In this document: positions 57,785-64,000 of the stretch, piece by piece
Position numbering within the stretch: the first letter of the stretch is position 1
How the letters are laid out: the number at the start of each line of letters is the position of its first letter
NCBI GenBank assembly: GCA_951406725.2
Contig: OX597832.1
Coordinates: 12,834,001 to 12,898,000 of the forward strand
From: Octopus vulgaris
Taxonomy: Eukaryota
DNA length: 64,000 nucleotides
Direction: 5' to 3'
The notes under the pieces: model-generated
What the model was told of the DNA's origin: nothing
Databases searched by the model: none
The model's input: the letters and a program-made list of their open reading frames with translations, nothing else
Position numbers and translations under genes: made by a program

Positions 57785-57827
57785 TGTGTTATAAGTTTTA
57801 CCCTCTTCTCTGTTACATATACATAAA

Positions 57828-57874
<47 letters not shown>

Positions 57875-58312
57875 TCATGTCTGTGGGTATATGTATGTAT
57901 ACAATCACACACATGCACGGTAACACATATACGTACACATGCACACTCACACACACACATGTAGAAGCACGAATACACACACACACATATACGTACATTC
58001 AAGAACAGATATGTATATGACTCTTTCCATGTACATTTTTTTTTAATGTTTCATATGTTTAGCTTATTTTTGCTAGTCTGTGCGTCAATTCATTGATCTT
58101 ATTAAACAAACTCTGTCCTCCCTGCTTATTGATTTACATGTCCATATTTATATAGCCAAAGATAAAGCTCAATCTATCTATACATCGATATATGTGTGCG
58201 CATCTCACTGTCTGTTTGCTTAACAATCTTATAATCTCATCATTCTACCTCTATATCTCCCTCTTGATATATACGTACATGTGTGTGTGTTTGAGAGTAT
58301 TTATAAATATAC

Positions 58313-58457
<145 letters not shown>

Positions 58458-58600
58458 ACGGACAGAAATATATTGACAGATTTCTGCATTAGCGTATATT
58501 TTTACATATCTAAACATTAATGTGATCGTACAGTCGAAACAAATATTCACACCCATTTGTATGTGTTTGCGCGCGCAGCTATTATATATATATATATATC

Positions 58601-58667
<67 letters not shown>

Positions 58668-58830
58668 CTGTCTGTCTGTTCGTGTGTGTTTGTGTGCATA
58701 TATATATCTGTGTCTCTCTCTATATAAATATGTATATAAATATATGTGTATATATATTATTGTCTATATATATATATGTATATATATATATTCTGTACAC
58801 ACACAAACACACATACACACATACACACAG

Positions 58831-58890
<60 letters not shown>

Positions 58891-60105
58891 GTATATGTGT
58901 GTATGTGTGTCTATGTGTTGATACGTAGTTTACTTATATAAGCTACGTTGTGCAACAGGTTGTTTAATATTCTGAACTTGATGTACTTAATTTAGTTAGA
59001 AGTAAAATTAAATTAATTTTCTTCTACGAATCTATTACTAAGTAATTTATTTTCATATTCGTTTCGCAAAGAAACTATATTGTCTATGACAAACCTCTAC
59101 AGAAATTTCGTACCCTTATTCTAGAAGATATTTTCAATATTTTTGTAAGTTTTTTGCGGTGAGATGGCGAAATGCCTAGAGGCATTTCCTCCGTCTTTAC
59201 GTTGTAATTTCAAATTTCGATGTTGACCTTGCTTTTCATCATTTAGGGGGTCGATAATACAAGTACCAGTCAAACACTGGGTTTGATATAATTCCGAAAT
59301 TGCTAGACATGAAACCAATATTTTTCATAATCTTGTTAGTGATCACACTGGAATGCGTACATATCTTTCCTATCCCAAAAAATATAATTGCATCTTGTTG
59401 TTCTGCATTCTTTTAATTTTAATTATATTTATCGTACCTAATTTATGTCGCTTTGATTCTCATTTTATTCGCTTTGATTAATTATATCATTATTTGGTAC
59501 AAACCTACAGGCAATTTCTTTGTTATTCTTCACTCTATACAAAGCAGTGGAGAAACCCAATGAAAATCGCTTGCAATGTAGAGTTTTATCCCTTTATTCT
59601 CCGAAGTCAAATATCACCACGGCTCCACTATAGTTTCGACATTCAGTATTCGATAAAATAAAATACTGGGTGACTATAAACAACAATTCTTCCTACAAGT
59701 GTGACTTGGCGCCTTTGTTGAAAATCAATATTTATTGTATACGTTTATGCTAAATGGCATAATCGGTAGAATAGCGGATACGGAGCAATACGCTATCTAG
59801 TTGTTTACCTCAAAAAGCTATTGTACGCCTTTCAAAAACACCAAGAACGGAATTGTGGTTTTGACATGATGCATATACTATAAAAAAATTATTAACTTTG
59901 GTATATAGCCAAGAATCTGGTGCAGATTTTGTTGTTCTCTATTGATCAAATTTCTAGGCCCATCAGATTTACATTCCCTGAGGGAATTTACTATAAATTT
60001 TTTTACATATATAAACATTACAAAATATTTATAGCGATACTCAAATATTTCATGTACACGCACACACATGCATATGCTTATACTCTCGTGTGTGTTTCTA
60101 TTTAG

Positions 60106-60117
60106 ATATATATATAT

Positions 60118-60149
<32 letters not shown>

Positions 60150-60177
60150 ATAGATAGATGGATAGATAGATAGATAA

Positions 60178-60257
<80 letters not shown>

Positions 60258-60258
60258 G

Positions 60259-60343
<85 letters not shown>

Positions 60344-60381
60344 TGATGGATAGGTTGGTAGATAGATAGATAGATAGATAG
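60106..60381. repeat. Long (GATA)n microsatellite
   Basis: About 260 bp, read directly. Confidence 0.97.
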
Positions 60382-61585
60382 TGCACCGGTATTGAAAGTG
60401 GAAACACATAGCTGCAAAGGGAACTTCATTTCCAGAAAGATGTGTAATCTCCAAACATAGTACAAAGTAAAAATATTTATCATTCGCCAAATAAATTATA
60501 ACGTGAAAATACATCGAATTCTCGAAGTATCCGTCTAAGTAATCATGCATAAGTCCGACTTTTAACTGAATGGAAGCAAATCATTTGTTTTCCATTCAGC
60601 GAGATTTAGTTTAATGTAAAAATAAAATTCCTAAAATGTAAAAAACGAAAGAAATATAAAAAAAGCAGTCACGTTTAAATATTGTACAGCTTTTAATGCA
60701 TATCATAAATCTCAAATCAACATCTCAAAAATGACACAAATATTAAATATCTGAGCACACTCATGTGTATATATATAAAGAGATATATAAAAAAAAAAAC
60801 TCTTCTCTGGCATTCTCTCTTGCAATATATTTTTACATATACAAATATTGAGGCACACATGTGTGTACGTATATGCATCTGTGTGTCTGTGTGTGTGTGT
60901 GTGTGCGTGTATGTGTGTGTGTGTATTCGAATACTCGTAAATATTATGCATAGTTATTTTTTGTGTAATTCATTTATTTATTTTTGACACTGTATTATCA
61001 TAAAAAAGAAACTGGTAAAAATCTACGTTCTCACATGACGGAAGAACATTCAAAATTGGTAGCCAGAACAAACAAAAAATGTATAGTAGGGAAAAAAAAA
61101 CAATTTAGATTATATATATATATATATTCTGGATATTCATTTTGCTTAGTATTATTGACATGAGTTTTAGGAAGATGCCTCGTGGTCATTATTTTCATAA
61201 CTTTTTTTTCCTCAATATCAGATTTGCTGCATTAAACACGTGTATTCCTTTAATGCAGGAAAAAATCTGAAAATCAGATACCCGCCTTGGATGTAGTTTT
61301 TCAGCTGCCTTTATGAATGGTATATTTCTGTACTGTTATAGATTACCTGGAGTTATATACCAAACACCTTTGCGGAACTCTGATTTACGCGCTGCATATA
61401 ATCCCTCATATTCATTTTAGGCAATTTTTTTTTTCAAAGTTTTGTGAATTCCCGTGTATAGAATATAAATTCGAAAAAGTTTTTTCTGAAAATTCCCCAA
61501 TATAAAAAAAAAAAGTTAAAAGTAGTGATATGCCGTGCGTAAAGCAGGATTCCACCAACACCCTATATTGTTACTATACGATGGT

Positions 61586-61968
61586 GGAGGCGCAATGGCC
61601 CAGTGGTTAGGGCAGCGGACTCGCGGTCATAGGATCGCGGTTTCGATTCCCAGACCGGGCGTTGTGAGTGTTTATTGAGCGAAAACACCTAAAAGCTCCA
61701 CGAGGCTCCGGTATGGTGGTGATCCTTGCTGTACTCTTTCACCACAACTTTCTCCCACTCTTACTTCCTGTTTCTGTTGTACTTATATTTCAAAGGGCCA
61801 TCCTTATCACTCTCTGTGTCACGCTGAATATCCCCGAGAACTACGTTAAGGGTACACGTGTCTGTGGAGTGCTGAGCCACTTACACGTTAATTTCACGAG
61901 CAGGCTGTTCCGTTGATTCGGATCAACCGGAACCCTCGTCGTCGTAACCGACGGAGTGCAAAAGGAGG
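61586..61968 (+). mobile_element. Full-length SINE: family B head + tail type 3, 14-bp TSD
   Basis: GGAGGCGCAATGGCCCAGTGGTTAGGGCAGCGGACTCGCGGTC...GGTTTCGATTCCC head. 61785-61959 is colinear with 31798-31968. TSD ACTATACGATGGTG at 61573-61586 and 61969-61982. Confidence 0.93.
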
Positions 61969-63287
61969 ACTATACGATGGTGCGGTGCGGGTCATTGCTG
62001 AAGACTATCGTGACAAGAGGTGTGGAGTGGCCGAAAGCAAGGGTCCAGAAAAGACGTTTATTGACAGAGAGTGGACCAGAAACAAGGGCCTAGCTGTTTG
62101 TATGCGTGCAGAACAACACAAACAGAAATACAAAGTGTCTTGACAAACCAGCCCCTGGGCACATGGAAGGACCTGCTTGATGGCCGATAGTGAAAAATGA
62201 ATTATCTGTTAATAATAAGGTAGTGAGGTGGGAGAACTCTTACTGCATTCTGAGTTCAAATAATTACAGGAGAAAACAAATGTCAACAAGTGATATTTCT
62301 TTATTTTTCTTTTTTTATAGGTAATAAAGTATTTTTTTGTATCTTCTAATGCTTAAGTTTAATTTTCTTCTAATGCTTAAGTTTCCAATAGCACCTACTG
62401 TCGTATTTCCGTTATTTATAACATTCTTCAAGCTCCGAGCATAAATAATAAATCACCACCGTAAATAGACAATTTCGGAATCATTGAGTCACCTACTTAT
62501 CAATCAATCAATGTCACTAGCACGAGAAGGTCGTAGATGCACACAGAGAAACGCAAGCTCTCCCACTCAATTCTTCTTTACTATTCAGCCGACCTGATGT
62601 TTTCCAACATTTTCATCCTGTTCATTCTTTGATGTTACACTTCCACCTACTTTCTGGTCTTTTTTATACCACTAAAACACCAACGTTAGTCTCTACATCT
62701 ACAACGCTTTTCATTTGCTTAACGGAATTATAATATTGATTTTTCCTTCTTGACAGAAAAGTCGTCGTGTACTACACTATTAGGTACGCTTTTCTCTCTT
62801 AGATGTTCCCACTTAAAGATTTTGAATTTTGCAATAACATAAGTCGTTAAGTCTATTCTGTAAACCTCTTCTCAAATATAACCTTCACCGAGTTTATGTC
62901 CTCTTCCTTTATTCGAGTCTATATTTATTTTTCTTCTTCTTTTTTTTTTTTGTAGCGGTCGTTTAGACCCATGCAATTAATTAACTGAACATAGCTACAT
63001 TAAATTGTGTTCAAGATCTTCATCATTCTAGCTTTGTTTTTTCTTTCGAGTTAACCTAGAGTAATATGGACTATGATAACTCTTTCTTATTTAAATCACT
63101 AGCAAGTGATACTAGAAAGATTTGGCAGATACTTCTAGGAAGTTAACAGGTTAACATAGGTAACTTGTATGATACTCCATGTCACCGAAAGTTCACGACA
63201 TTGAAGTCCAATAGTTTAAAGACATTAAAATTCATTTAATGAAAATGATTTGTGTTTCATAAACGGAACAATTCTGTGTAAACATAC

Positions 63288-63449
63288 GTAGGTGTAACTG
63301 TGTGGTTAGAAGTTTGGTTTATCCCTATATGGTTACGGGTTCAGTCCCACTGAGTGGCACATTGGGCAAGTGTCTTCCATTATATCCTCGGACACACTAA
63401 ATCCTTGTGAGTAGATTTGGTAGACGGAAAATGACAACTGAAAGAAGCT

Positions 63450-63501
<52 letters not shown>

Positions 63502-63507
63502 ATATAT

Positions 63508-63571
<64 letters not shown>

Positions 63572-63661
63572 GGTGTAGTGTTGTATGTTTATGTTGTCCC
63601 CCACCATCGCTTGACAAAAAATGGTGGTGTGTTTACGTCCCCGTAACTTAGCGGTTCGGTA
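63288..63661 (+). mobile_element. SINE family D with internal (TA)n(TG)n microsatellite, 3'-truncated
   Basis: Head 63288-63452, microsatellite 63453-63570, then tgtccccc.ccatcgcttgac...gtgtttacgtccccgtaacttagcggttcgg. Confidence 0.88.
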
Positions 63662-64000
63662 AATATGTGTGTGCACGTGTGTGCGTATATGTATACGAAT
63701 ATAAAAAGGAGGGCAGGCTAGAGAGAAGAGAGAGAGAGAGAGCGAGCCAATGAGTTTACATTTCACTCATAGCTCAGTGATCTCGCGTCTTGTCAATGTC
63801 CTGTCTTCTTAAAGCATACAGACATGCCTTCGCCAGTGTGTGTAGGTGCGCGCGCACATTTGAGAAGAAAGAGTGTTCGCTCGTCTTTTTACCTTTGACC
63901 TGTAATGGATGTCAACTTAATTGGTTCATGTGGAAGCACGCTTTCATTGTTGTTATTGTTGCGTTATTCTGCTGCGAGCTGGCATAATCGTTTTGAGTTC

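Noticed and set aside
61586-61660. tRNA-like sequences here and at 31651, 30662, 11963 and 43430 as true tRNA genes
   Set aside because: They continue into repeat bodies, most have TSDs and imperfect cloverleaves; they are SINE heads.
62342-62386. 19-bp duplication tcttctaatgcttaagttt (similar small ones at 920-949 and 21668-21704)
   Set aside because: Ordinary slippage or repair micro-duplications with no further structure.

Overview
This is AT-rich animal genomic DNA saturated with microsatellites. The tRNA-derived SINE families and repeat density point to an octopus or another coleoid cephalopod (inference). The only host coding sequence I can support is one 150-nt, phase 1-1 exon at 28177-28326 (+), encoding the [11 protein letters not shown]...[11 protein letters not shown] segment of a neuroligin-like (non-catalytic cholinesterase-like) protein. 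The rest therefore appears to be two giant introns (>28 kb and >35 kb). They contain at least four SINE families, several with clear target-site duplications (TSDs), a CACTG-ended non-autonomous DNA transposon, mariner, CR1 and R4/Dong-like fossils, a MITE-like hairpin and a recent ~480-bp duplication. The most striking signal is a composite element at 30545-31361: a tRNA-like Pol III head, an (AAT)n linker and a tail carrying a minimal type I hammerhead-ribozyme fold, preceded by an inverted copy of that tail. This resembles a SINE mobilised by Penelope-like elements. At least six further minimal hammerhead-like motifs with recurrent non-canonical cores are scattered through the introns. Nearly all ORFs in the supplied track are microsatellite artefacts. 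All alignments and translations were done by eye, and repeat boundaries are approximate.
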